DNA of 64,000 nt, from positions 91,932 through 155,931 of the forward strand of contig JBAZJU010000001.1 of the NCBI GenBank assembly GCA_041651155.1, read 5' to 3'. A program made the translations under genes and the position numbers. Positions within the stretch are counted from its first letter, which is position 1; every line of letters begins with the position of its first letter. The notes beneath the pieces were generated by a model that searched no databases, had not been told where the DNA came from, and was given only the letters and a program-made list of their open reading frames with translations. The stretch comes from Patescibacteria group bacterium (GTDB taxonomy: Bacteria; Patescibacteriota; Patescibacteriia; CAIXNZ01). Shown here piece after piece: positions 47,459-56,632 of the stretch.

Positions 47459-50400
47459 ATGATTAAGAAAATTTTTACTGTTGGCGTGGTAGTATTGACC
47501 ATTTTTTGGGCTGTCGGTCTAGCAGCATTTGTTCCAACCGCTCAGGCTACAACTTTTAGCTCTGGCGATTTGATCAAAGCTTCTTTACCAGCAGTTTATT
47601 ACTACGGTGCTGACGGCAAAAGGTATGTGTTCCCAAACGAACCAACATACAAAACCTGGTATGCTGACTTCTCCAGCGTGAAAACTATCACTGACGGAGA
47701 ATTAGCCACCATTCAAATCGGCGGCAATGTCACTAACAAACCAGGCGTTAAAATGGTGAAAATCACCACTGATCCAAAAGTATACGCTGTGGCTGCAAAT
47801 GGCACATTGAGGTGGGTAACCACTGAATCACTTGCTGCTTCTTTATACGGTTCTAACTGGGGAGCAATGATTCTTGATGTGTCTGATGCTTTCTTTGTTA
47901 ATTACTCTATTGGCGCTCAAATCAGCAATGTTTCTGATTATTCTCCATCTGCTGCAACTGCTGCTGCTCAATCAATCAATGTTGATAAGGGCTTAGCAGG
48001 CGCAACAACAACTGGCGGTAATTTAAATGTTTCTTTAGCATCTGATACACCAGCTGCTTCTACAGTTGCTGGCGGTGCTGCTGCTAATATGTCAAAGATC
48101 ATTTTAGCTACTGGTTCCGCAGCTGTTAAAGTTAAATCTTTATACATCACTCGTTCAGGCTTAAGCGCAAACGATGATGTTGAAAATGTTAAATTAATCA
48201 ATGTTGCTGGCGCTACTGTTGGCGATGTTGGTTCATTTGGTTCAAACAGCAAAGCATTAATTTCTTTTGTTCCATCATTAGAAATTGCTGCTAATACTTC
48301 AGTCTCATATTATGTCCGTGCTAGTATCAGATTAGGCGCTCCTGCTGGCAACACGGTTGCTTTGGGCGTTGCATTAAATACTGATGTAGTATTGGAAGCA
48401 GGTACTGTTAGCGGTGCATTCCCAGTCGTTGGCAACTACATGTCAATTGTAGCTTTAGCTAACATTGGCAGTGCTACTGTTGGCCAAGATGCAGCAGTTG
48501 TCGATACTATGCCAGATGCTGGCGCAAAAAGAGTTCAGGTCTCTGAATTTTACGTCATGGCTGGTGCAAATGAAGATTTGACTATTGAAGCTATGAGTTT
48601 AATTGAAGCTGGTTCAGCAAATACTGCTGATTCAGCTAATATTGAATTATACAGTTTGACAGAAGGTAGAACATTGGGCACTGCTGCTTCATGGGATGCA
48701 AATTCTCGTGTTACTGTTGGTAGCATGAATGTTGTTATTCCAAGAGGTGGTAAACACATTTTCCAGGTTTATGCTGATATCGTAAGCGGTTCAGGCAACG
48801 TTATTGATGTTGATTTAACTGATGGTACTGATGTTTTAGTAACTGTTAAGGGTAATACCTATGGTTTTTATCTTTCTCCAATAGTTGCTGTGACTCCTCC
48901 ATTAAACTGGGATGGTCAAGGTATTCCAGGAGTAGGTGGTCAAACCGTAGGCGCTGGTTTATTAAATGTTACTAAATCAACTTCTTCTCCAGCTACTGGT
49001 AATATTGCTCGCGCTTCTGATCAGGCAATTGCAACTTATGATTATGAAGTACGAGGTGAATCTATTAAGATTACTTCAACTATGGTTACAATTACAGAAG
49101 GTGCTGCATTTAATAATGTTGTTCCAAACTGGAATAGAGTTGCTAATGTGAAATTAGTTGATGAAAACGGTTTAGTTGTTGCGGGCCCAAAGAATTTAAC
49201 AAATGTATCTGTCGGCGCTGCCGGTGGTGTTACAACTGTTACTTTCAATGAAACTTATGTTGTACCAACTGGTACTCATAAATACACTGTTAAAGTTGAT
49301 GTTTTGAGCAATGCTCCAGCTGGCGCAACAGCTACTTTGGTAGCTAGTTTAACTCCAAGCGCTGATATTACAGCAACTGGGGTTACAACTCGTGAAAGTG
49401 TAGTTCCAACGCCTGCTGTTGCTGTCGCTGGCAATGGTGAGACTATCTTGGGTGTAGCATTAACTGTTACCAATTTAACTCAACCAGCTGCTAGATCAAT
49501 TGCTGTTGGTACTCAGAATTTTGTCTGGGCAACTACTTCATTAGATGCAACTGCTTCTGGTGAAGATGTTCGTGTTTCATCTGTTACAGTTTTGGATACT
49601 TTAGGTGTTGGTAATACTGATGATATGACTGCTTTGCAGAATCTTTCAATCTGGGCAGATTTAACATCAGCTAGTTCTACTCGTGGTGATGCTTATGAAA
49701 CAAAGGTTTCTAATAATGAGCAGCCAACACTTGCTACTACTAAAGCAATTAACTTAACACAAGTTATCACTGTTCCAAAAGGAACTTATGTTAAGATTGC
49801 TGTTGTTGGTAATTTATCAACCTTAGCATTTGTTACAGATACTCACCAGATTAGTATTGCTGCGCCTATAACAGCAACTGGTAAATCAACAGGCAATGCT
49901 CCTGTTATCCCAGCTATTATTACTTTGGGACAGGTAATGCTTGTATCTGCTTCTGGTACTTTAACTGCGTCATTAGATGCTTCTACTCCATTAGCTAATA
50001 TTGTAGTTAGTGGTGCACAAAAGGTTACTGTTGCTGCTTTCAAATTAACAGCTGATAATATTGAAGCTATTGAACTTGATGATCTTTTGGTTAATGATGT
50101 TGCGGCAATTGCTACAAATCCAGTTGCATCAAATTGGTACTTGTATGCAAATAGTCGCGCTGATGGCGGTTCAATTGCTGATCCGGTTGCTGTAGCTGCT
50201 GGCGGTTTTGCGCCACAATTCATTTTAGCTGATAATACAATTGTTGTTCCATCTAATAGCAGTGTTGTCTTGACTCTTAAAGCAGACATCGCCCCTGTTG
50301 ATGGCGCTACTGTAATTAATGGTGATGATTTAATCCCAGAAATTACTGCAGCTGCAAGCATAAATGCTACAGGCGTGTCTTCTGGTGTCCCAGCCACCAT

Positions 50401-50956
50401 CTTTAATGGTCTTGGCTGGTTCCCAAAAACTGCTGCTACAGATTTGGCATTTGCTTCAAAACCAACTATCAGCCTAAATGCTTCTTCTCCAAGCGGTGCC
50501 TTAGTGCCAAGCGCTAATACTTTAGTAGCCATCTTTAATATTGCTGCTGATTCAGCTGATGATATTTCCTTTGATGACGCTGGAAGCGCAGGCACAAAAT
50601 TAGTAGTTACTATGGCTGAAGCTTGTACTGGTGCTGGTGGCGCTACAAATATGATTTTGAAAGACGAAGGTGGCACAGTTTTATCTACCGCAACAGAAGC
50701 TGCTGATGCATGTACTGTTGGCAATAAGACATTTGAAGTCTGGACTAACCCATTAGTTATTGCTAAAGGTACCACCAAGAAAGTATATGTCTATGGTGTT
50801 ACTACTAGTGCAACAACTGCTGGTGATAATTTACAGGCTTCTATTACAGATGCTGCTGCTGGCAATGTTACTTGGGGTATTAATGGTGCAGGTGCTTTTG
50901 CAACTGCTGCCATTACTGCTCGTGGTTCAATTTATGCCAATGCACTTTCTAGATAA
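47459..50956 (+). CDS. Large secreted surface (S-layer-like) protein, 1165 aa, with the N-terminal shared ~125-aa domain
   Basis: A signal peptide (AFVPTAQA), then GDLIKASLPAVYYYGADGKRYVFPN...LRWVTTESLAASLYGSNW. A/T/S/G/V-rich with few Cys. Paralogous to 54421. Confidence 0.8.
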   Translation: MIKKIFTVGVVVLTIFWAVGLAAFVPTAQATTFSSGDLIKASLPAVYYYGADGKRYVFPNEPTYKTWYADFSSVKTITDGELATIQIGGNVTNKPGVKMVKITTDPKVYAVAANGTLRWVTTESLAASLYGSNWGAMILDVSDAFFVNYSIGAQISNVSDYSPSAATAAAQSINVDKGLAGATTTGGNLNVSLASDTPAASTVAGGAAANMSKIILATGSAAVKVKSLYITRSGLSANDDVENVKLINVAGATVGDVGSFGSNSKALISFVPSLEIAANTSVSYYVRASIRLGAPAGNTVALGVALNTDVVLEAGTVSGAFPVVGNYMSIVALANIGSATVGQDAAVVDTMPDAGAKRVQVSEFYVMAGANEDLTIEAMSLIEAGSANTADSANIELYSLTEGRTLGTAASWDANSRVTVGSMNVVIPRGGKHIFQVYADIVSGSGNVIDVDLTDGTDVLVTVKGNTYGFYLSPIVAVTPPLNWDGQGIPGVGGQTVGAGLLNVTKSTSSPATGNIARASDQAIATYDYEVRGESIKITSTMVTITEGAAFNNVVPNWNRVANVKLVDENGLVVAGPKNLTNVSVGAAGGVTTVTFNETYVVPTGTHKYTVKVDVLSNAPAGATATLVASLTPSADITATGVTTRESVVPTPAVAVAGNGETILGVALTVTNLTQPAARSIAVGTQNFVWATTSLDATASGEDVRVSSVTVLDTLGVGNTDDMTALQNLSIWADLTSASSTRGDAYETKVSNNEQPTLATTKAINLTQVITVPKGTYVKIAVVGNLSTLAFVTDTHQISIAAPITATGKSTGNAPVIPAIITLGQVMLVSASGTLTASLDASTPLANIVVSGAQKVTVAAFKLTADNIEAIELDDLLVNDVAAIATNPVASNWYLYANSRADGGSIADPVAVAAGGFAPQFILADNTIVVPSNSSVVLTLKADIAPVDGATVINGDDLIPEITAAASINATGVSSGVPATIFNGLGWFPKTAATDLAFASKPTISLNASSPSGALVPSANTLVAIFNIAADSADDISFDDAGSAGTKLVVTMAEACTGAGGATNMILKDEGGTVLSTATEAADACTVGNKTFEVWTNPLVIAKGTTKKVYVYGVTTSATTAGDNLQASITDAAAGNVTWGINGAGAFATAAITARGSIYANALSR

Positions 50957-51009
50957 TTGTTGATTCACTGAGATATATTCTTTCCGCGCTCGCGGAATAG
51001 AATAGCGAA

Positions 51010-51044
51010 CCCCTCTGGCGCAAGTCAGGGGGGTTTTGTTTTGG
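51010..51044 (+). terminator. rho-independent terminator (cccctctg..cagggggg plus T-run)
   Basis: An 8-bp stem with one G-U, followed by ttttgttttgg. Confidence 0.6.
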
Positions 51045-51259
51045 TGGAAGAATGGTGGTTTGGGAGGAATTTATCAACCTCCCCCAATCCCCCTCCTTTT
51101 CTAAGGAGGGGGTATGGAGGTTATCATGACCTAAGGTGCAGGGCTTTGGGTTTTGTTTTTTGGGGAAGATCGTGGAGGGAGTGGGACGGTTGATTTGTTT
51201 TGTTTAGGGATTTATGGTATTATAAAGGGAGCAATTATTTAATATTCAATTTAAAAAAT

Positions 51260-51517
51260 ATGAAAGAAAAAAATAAATTACAATTTAATATTATTTTTAG
51301 GCCTGAAGAAGAAGGTGGATTTACTGCAATAGTTCCGTCTTTGCCAGGTTGTATTACTTACGGCAAAGATTTAAAAGAAGCTAAAAAAATGGCGATTGAT
51401 GCAATTTATGGCTATATTGAATCAGTAAAAAAACATAAAGAAGAAATACAGTCAGATGAGGAAAGTTTTATTAGTTTAATTAGGCTTCCTCAAAAGCACT
51501 CTAGACTTTATGCCTAA
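51260..51517 (+). CDS. hicB: HicB family antitoxin (UPF0150 N-domain)
   Basis: EEGGFTAIVPSLPGCITYGKDLKEAKKMAIDAI. The ORF-track start at 51200 lies inside the conserved promoter repeat, so the real start is 51260. Confidence 0.65.
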   Translation: MKEKNKLQFNIIFRPEEEGGFTAIVPSLPGCITYGKDLKEAKKMAIDAIYGYIESVKKHKEEIQSDEESFISLIRLPQKHSRLYA

Positions 51518-51734
51518 ATTGCCATCATTAACTCCAAAGAAACTTTTACGAGTATTGGAAAAATGCGGGTTTGTAACAGACCATATAGCCGGCAGCCACT
51601 ATATCCTTTTTCAATCCGCTTCAAATAAAAGAATTACATTGCCATTCCATTGTAAAGATTTGCCAAAAGGTACCCTCCACTCTATTTTAAAGGCAGCCGG
51701 AATTGAAATAACAGATTTGAAAAAATTAAAATAA
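51510..51734 (+). CDS. hicA: HicA family mRNA interferase toxin
   Basis: LLRVLEKCGF...GSHYILF...LPFHCKDLPKGTLHSILKAAGI. It overlaps hicB by 8 nt. Confidence 0.7.
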   Translation: MPKLPSLTPKKLLRVLEKCGFVTDHIAGSHYILFQSASNKRITLPFHCKDLPKGTLHSILKAAGIEITDLKKLK

Positions 51735-51948
51735 CTCGTCTCGGCTCGCCTCGCGAAGCGGGCTTCGCTGGACATAGATATCGTTTTTGTCCCTTGAGTG
51801 CCTTCGCCGAAGTCGGATGAAAAACACAAATCTCGCCATTTTTTAAAGGGCGTTTTTTGTTTTGCTCTGTAACACATTTGGTGCAGGGCTTTGGTTTTTA
51901 CGATAAAATTAAGGTCGGAAACCCCATAAATTTGGGTTTTATGCCGTA

Positions 51949-52014
51949 TTGACTTTTGGCAGAAAAAGAAGTAAAATGAAAGTAGTTTCAATAAAAATGA
52001 AAGTAGTTTCAATT
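51949..52014 (+). promoter_or_regulatory. Promoter TTGACT-N17-TAAAAT with two 17-nt direct repeats (ATGAAAGTAGTTTCAAT x2) as a candidate operator of the MNT-HEPN pair
   Basis: The -35 is at 51949-51954, the -10 at 51972-51977. The direct repeats are at 51976-51992 and 51998-52014. Confidence 0.5.
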
Positions 52015-52016
52015 TT

Positions 52017-52547
52017 ATGAATATTAAATTGACCATTCTCAATAAGAAAGTATTTAATTTCTTGGCTGATTGGCCTGAAAAACAGTTTTTTTCTAAGGAA
52101 ATCTCCGACAGATTGGGGATATCTTTGGGTGGCGCCCATAACAGCCTCAAGGCTCTGCTAAAGGCAGGCGTGGTTGTTTTTGAGCAAAAAGGGAATATGA
52201 AGTTTTTTAAAATTAACTTTAGCAGCCCTTTGTTTAAACAATTGCGCTCGGCAGGCATTGTGGAGAGCCTTTTGCCTTTGGTTAAGAAAATAAAAAATCA
52301 CTGCCTCAATGTGATTTTATTCGGCTCCGCGGCCAGGGGCGAACAGACTGCCAAAAGCGATATTGATATTTTTATATTAACCAATAATCCGTTGGAAATA
52401 AGAAAATTACTGCCAGCCAAAATTAACCGACTGCTTCTTAAGGCCATAATTAAAAAACCGAATGAGTGGAGCGAAATGGAAATTAAGGAACCGGAGTTTT
52501 TTAGGGAAATAAAAAACGGGATTAAATTATATGAATCAAGATTTTAA
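52017..52547 (+). CDS. Nucleotidyltransferase (MNT, minimal NTase) with an N-terminal winged-helix; antitoxin-type partner of HEPN
   Basis: ILFGSAARGEQTAKSDIDIF matches the GS-x9-DxD NTase motif. Confidence 0.7.
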   Translation: MNIKLTILNKKVFNFLADWPEKQFFSKEISDRLGISLGGAHNSLKALLKAGVVVFEQKGNMKFFKINFSSPLFKQLRSAGIVESLLPLVKKIKNHCLNVILFGSAARGEQTAKSDIDIFILTNNPLEIRKLLPAKINRLLLKAIIKKPNEWSEMEIKEPEFFREIKNGIKLYESRF

Positions 52548-52968
52548 TGATTGCCTGGACAAGGGCAAGATAAAAATATTTTCCAGGGGGAAGTTTGTTG
52601 CCCCTAAGGAAATCAGATTGGCTGAGGAAGACTTGAAGATTGCCTCGGCAAGCTTTAGTGACGGCAATTTTCGCTGGTGCGTGATTCAGACGTATTATTC
52701 TATGTTTCATTCAGCGAGAGCCTTATTGTATTATCAAAATTATCGGGAGCATAGCCATTATTGCCTTATTCAGGCAATCAGAGCATTGTATGTTGGAAAC
52801 AAATTATTGGATTTGTCACTGGTTGAAGCAATGGCCGAAGCGAAAAATCTGAGGGAAGCCGCGGATTATTACGGAGATTATAGCCAAATTAACGCGGAAA
52901 AATTATTGGAACATGCCAAGAATTTTTTAAAAGCGGCAAAGGATATTATAAAAAATGGTACTTTATAG
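52531..52968 (+). CDS. HEPN domain protein (toxin-type partner of MNT)
   Basis: Helical; FHSARALLYYQ and LREAADYYGDY fit the Rx4-6H-type HEPN motif region. It overlaps the MNT gene by 17 nt. Confidence 0.65.
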   Translation: MNQDFNDCLDKGKIKIFSRGKFVAPKEIRLAEEDLKIASASFSDGNFRWCVIQTYYSMFHSARALLYYQNYREHSHYCLIQAIRALYVGNKLLDLSLVEAMAEAKNLREAADYYGDYSQINAEKLLEHAKNFLKAAKDIIKNGTL

Positions 52969-53238
52969 CGGACTTCAGTCCGCGAATGACCCCATTACCT
53001 TACGGGGACTTCCACCGTCGCTCTGTGAGTTATGGCGGACAAGAAAGTCCCCTGTAATGATTTTTCTTTGTTAAGGTCCTCTGTAATGATTTCTCTTTAT
53101 TTTTATGATAAAATTAAGGTGGAAAACCCCATAAATTTGGTTTAAGGAGGGGGTGTTTACAGGAGTTTTTTATTTGTTTTGTTTAGGGATTTATGGTATT
53201 ATGAAAGGAGCAATTATTTAATATTTTATTTAAAAAAT

Positions 53239-53508
53239 ATGAAAGAACAATCCTGCCTGCCGGCAGGCAGGTTAAAAATTTCAAAATTTGGCAGGCAATT
53301 GCCTATTGTTATTGAAAAAGGGGAAGATGGTTTTTATATTGTAGAATGCCCGCTTTTTGACGGTTGTTTTACACAGGGTAAAACAATTGATGAGGCGCTT
53401 AGAAATATTAAAGAAGTCATATCTTTGATTTTGGCAGAAAAAGACGCCAGAAATACTTTGAAGGAATATAAATCAACAGAATTTAGTTTGCATACCATTA
53501 CCGTTTAA
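53239..53508 (+). CDS. HicB-like antitoxin, second copy
   Basis: EDGFYIVECPLFDGCFTQGKTIDEALRNIKEVI. The ~80-nt upstream region (53164-53241) is a repeat of 51185-51262. Confidence 0.6.
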   Translation: MKEQSCLPAGRLKISKFGRQLPIVIEKGEDGFYIVECPLFDGCFTQGKTIDEALRNIKEVISLILAEKDARNTLKEYKSTEFSLHTITV

Positions 53509-53511
53509 TTT

Positions 53512-53703
53512 ATGACCCGCTTACCCATTATTTCCGGCAGGAAATTGATTAAAGTTCTTAATAAGGTTGGTTATGAATCTATCAGGCATCAAAGGCGTGG
53601 ATGGTTGCTGTTACTGATTATAAAGTTATTGACCGATCATTATTATTAAAGATATTGCGCGATGCAGAATTATCCGCAGATGATTTTATGAAGTTGATGA
53701 ATT
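53512..53703 (+). pseudogene. hicA-like gene, frameshifted; contains a 33-nt segment identical to part of the tmRNA gene
   Basis: Frame 1 encodes MTRLPIISGRKLIKVLNKVGYESIRHQ. Frame 3 continues KAWMVAVTDYKVIDRSLLLKILRDAELSADDFMKLMN, which aligns to the HicA C-terminus. The segment 53580-53612 equals 30350-30382. Confidence 0.55.
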
Positions 53704-53761
53704 AATATTTGAATATATATATTTACAGACCGCCTGGCCTTTCCGGGTGGTTTTGTTTTTT

Positions 53762-53795
53762 GCCCTGCACCAGTCGCTTCTCTCCGGTGCAGGGC
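53762..53795 (+). repeat. REP-like perfect hairpin gccctgcacc-N14-ggtgcagggc upstream of the transposase; solo half-copies occur at 51135 and 51890
   Basis: A 10-bp perfect inverted repeat. ggtgcagggcttt recurs three times in the island. Confidence 0.55.
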
Positions 53796-53846
53796 TTTAT
53801 ATTTTGGAAATTGAATGGTAAAATTAAGGTGGGGAAAAATAAAAAT

Positions 53847-54395
53847 ATGAATGAATTATTTAAAAATAAATATCGTACAGATTCCGTTCGTTTAAAAGAA
53901 TGGGATTATTCTTGGCCGGGTTTATATTATGTAACAATTTGTACCAAGGATCGTTTTTGTTGTTTAGGGGATGTAAAAAATGGTTTGGTTTATTTATCGG
54001 AAATTGGGAAAATCGTGTTTGAAGAATGGTTAAATACGCCAAAGATCAGACCGAATGTGGCGTTGGATGATTTTATTATAATGCCGAATCATATTCATGG
54101 AATTATAGAAATTAAAGAAATTGGGGATGTTGTAGAGACGCATTGCAATGCGTCTCTACAGAAACCCACATTCGGCCCGCAACGCAATAATTTGGCCTCA
54201 ATAATTCGTGGTTTTAAAGGGGTTGCCAAGAAAAGAATAAATCAAAAATTTGGAGAAAATTATTTTGCCTGGCAATCTGGCTATTACGAACACATTGTCC
54301 GGGACGAAGATGATTATGCCAGAATTAAAGAATATATTGCCTTAAATCCGATCAGATGGGAACTTGACAGAAATAATCCAAAAAATAGATCCTAA
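53847..54395 (+). mobile_element. IS200/IS605-family Y1 (HUH) transposase, RAYT-like
   Basis: The HUH motif PNHIHGIIEI and the catalytic Tyr region QSGYYEHIVRDEDDYARIKEYIALNPIRW. The ORF track extends it to 53709. No room exists for a right-end hairpin before the next gene. Confidence 0.7.
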
Positions 54396-54420
54396 AATAT
54401 TAATTATAAATTTTAAAATT

Positions 54421-56397
54421 ATGTCAAAACGAATTTTCACAATCGGAATTGTGGCTATGACCATATTGTGGTCTATTGGCTTGTCTGCTTTTACACCAAG
54501 CGCGCAGGCAGCCACAATTAATTCAGGCGATTTAATTAAGGCTTCCACGCCTGCGGTTTATTATTATGCCAATGACGGCAAACGCTATGTTTTTCCCAAT
54601 GAAAAAACATTTAAAACCTGGTATGCTGATTTTTCCAGTGTGAAAATAATTACAGATGCAGAATTGTCTGCTATTTCTATTGGCGGCAACGTTACTTACA
54701 GACCCGGAGTTAAAATGGTAAAAATCACGACCGATCCCAAAGTCTATGCTGTGGCTAGCAATGGGACATTGCGCTGGATAACAACAGCCTCTTTGGCCAC
54801 GCAATTATATGGCGCAAATTGGGCGACAATGGTTGATGATGTGCCTGATTCATTTTATGTGAATTATAATGTTGGTTCGCCAATTAATAATCTGACTGAT
54901 TATAATCCTGCAGCCACAACCGCAGCTTCCCCTTCAATTAATGCTGATAAAAGCTTGATTATGCCGACTGTTGGTTCAGTTTTGACAGTTTCTCTGGCAC
55001 CTGATACACCGGCTGCTGGTACTGTGCCTGCTGGTACGACTGTTAATTTTACTAAGATTATTTTTAGCGCGAGTAATTCAGCAGTCAGCATTAATTCAAT
55101 CTATGTAACGCGTTTTGGCTTGAGTACAAATAATGATGTAACTAATATTCAGTTTGTTAATACCAGTAATGTGGCGATTAGCAGTATTGCGAGTTTAGGT
55201 TCTGATAGCAAAGCCTTAGTTACATTTAGCCCTGCTTTAATTGTTAATCCAAATAGTCCTGTGAGCGTATATATCAGGGCAAACATTAGCCAAACAATCT
55301 CAAGTGGTAATACTATAGGTTTGGGTATTAATTCAGCCAGTGACATTAAATTGGCTCCAGGCACAATTAATGGCATCTTTCCAATGCTAGGAAATTATCT
55401 GGGCAGCAGCTCTTCTGCCAATATTTCAGGTTTAACCCCGCCGGAAGGAATTTTAATTGCTGGCAGAAGTAAACAGGGCGTAGCTTCGTTTAAAGTCCAG
55501 GCAGGCCAGGCAGAAGATATGGATTTAAATAGCGTCACAATCACTGATACAGGCACTGGCAAAGTAGCTAATACCTGGTATTTATATTCAAGCAAAAGAA
55601 ATGACGGCATTTCTATCAGCGAACCGGTGGGAACTGCGATTATGGACTCAGTGAATAAAAATGCCAGATTTATTTTGCCTACCAATACGATAATTATACC
55701 TGCCAGCCAAAGTGTTACTTTGACAGTTGCAGTTGATGCTGTGTTAGTTGATGGGGTGACAGTGCAAAATGGCGATACGCTTCACGCAATTGTAGCGGCT
55801 GGAACTGATATTGTGGCCACAGGCAAGGCTTCTGGCCAGCAAATAAACGGCAGCGCCGTACTTGACTCTAAAATATATTATATCTTAGCCTCTTACCCTT
55901 ATTTCAGCCTGGATGCTGCTTCGCCAAAAGGAGCCTTAGTGCCTGGAGCCAATACCTTGCTGGCTATTTATGATGTGACAGCTGACTCGGCTGATGAGGT
56001 GGACTTTTTAAACGCAGGGACAAATACTTCTGGCGTGGCTAATAAGTTAAGGGTTGATATCGCGCACAATTGTACTGCCGGCCTTGGTTTGGGGCTCACT
56101 TTGAAAGATGAAGCTGGCAATGTGCTGGACACTCAGGCAGTTGATGTGTGTAATAGCGCCAGCGCAACTTTTACCTTTGGCAATCCTAATAATTTGGCAA
56201 TTGCAGCCGGCGCCACAAAAAAATTATATATTTACGCTGATACTCAAGGCGCGACCAGCGCAGGGGATAGCATTCAGCTTTATTTAAGCGATTCAAATCC
56301 GGCAAATGTTGATTTCGCGATAAATGGAGCAGGTAATTATCAATTTGCCCAGTTTATTTTCAGAAGCAATATTTATAGCAATCCTTTGGCGAGATAA
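54421..56397 (+). CDS. Secreted surface protein, paralog of 47459, with the N-terminal shared domain
   Basis: A signal peptide (AFTPSAQA), then GDLIKASTPAVYYYANDGKRYVFPN.... It is collinear with the 47459 N-terminus and C-terminus (...YSNPLAR versus ...YANALSR). The ORF track starts at 54364. Confidence 0.8.
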   Translation: MSKRIFTIGIVAMTILWSIGLSAFTPSAQAATINSGDLIKASTPAVYYYANDGKRYVFPNEKTFKTWYADFSSVKIITDAELSAISIGGNVTYRPGVKMVKITTDPKVYAVASNGTLRWITTASLATQLYGANWATMVDDVPDSFYVNYNVGSPINNLTDYNPAATTAASPSINADKSLIMPTVGSVLTVSLAPDTPAAGTVPAGTTVNFTKIIFSASNSAVSINSIYVTRFGLSTNNDVTNIQFVNTSNVAISSIASLGSDSKALVTFSPALIVNPNSPVSVYIRANISQTISSGNTIGLGINSASDIKLAPGTINGIFPMLGNYLGSSSSANISGLTPPEGILIAGRSKQGVASFKVQAGQAEDMDLNSVTITDTGTGKVANTWYLYSSKRNDGISISEPVGTAIMDSVNKNARFILPTNTIIIPASQSVTLTVAVDAVLVDGVTVQNGDTLHAIVAAGTDIVATGKASGQQINGSAVLDSKIYYILASYPYFSLDAASPKGALVPGANTLLAIYDVTADSADEVDFLNAGTNTSGVANKLRVDIAHNCTAGLGLGLTLKDEAGNVLDTQAVDVCNSASATFTFGNPNNLAIAAGATKKLYIYADTQGATSAGDSIQLYLSDSNPANVDFAINGAGNYQFAQFIFRSNIYSNPLAR

Positions 56398-56420
56398 AAA
56401 ATTTAAAGATTACAGCTCCT

Positions 56421-56455
56421 AGGCTCGTCGGCGAGATACGCTTGTCTCGCCGACG
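56421..56455. repeat. Perfect 13-bp GC-rich hairpin (ctcgtcggcgaga..tctcgccgacgag), REP-like; followed by a 10-bp inverted-repeat pair at 56467-56478 and 56518-56530
   Basis: No flanking T-run on either strand. The GC-rich composition is foreign to the surrounding sequence. Confidence 0.5.
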
Positions 56456-56632
56456 AGGAAATTTGGGACTCAATTCCCAATTGTAGATAATTATAAGCGG
56501 TTGTTTAGGAAGTAATTCGGAATTGAGTTCCGTTGCCAGCTCATTTTTATGGGCTGGTTTGTTTTTAAAGCGATATTTTGATAAAATTAAGGTATACATA
56601 TAAATCAATAATTAAATTTTAAATCAAAACTT

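Noticed and set aside
51611-52258. 215-aa ORF on the - strand overlapping hicA and the MNT gene
   Set aside because: It is antisense to two well-supported + strand genes and to the mapped promoter and operator. Its composition is low-complexity.
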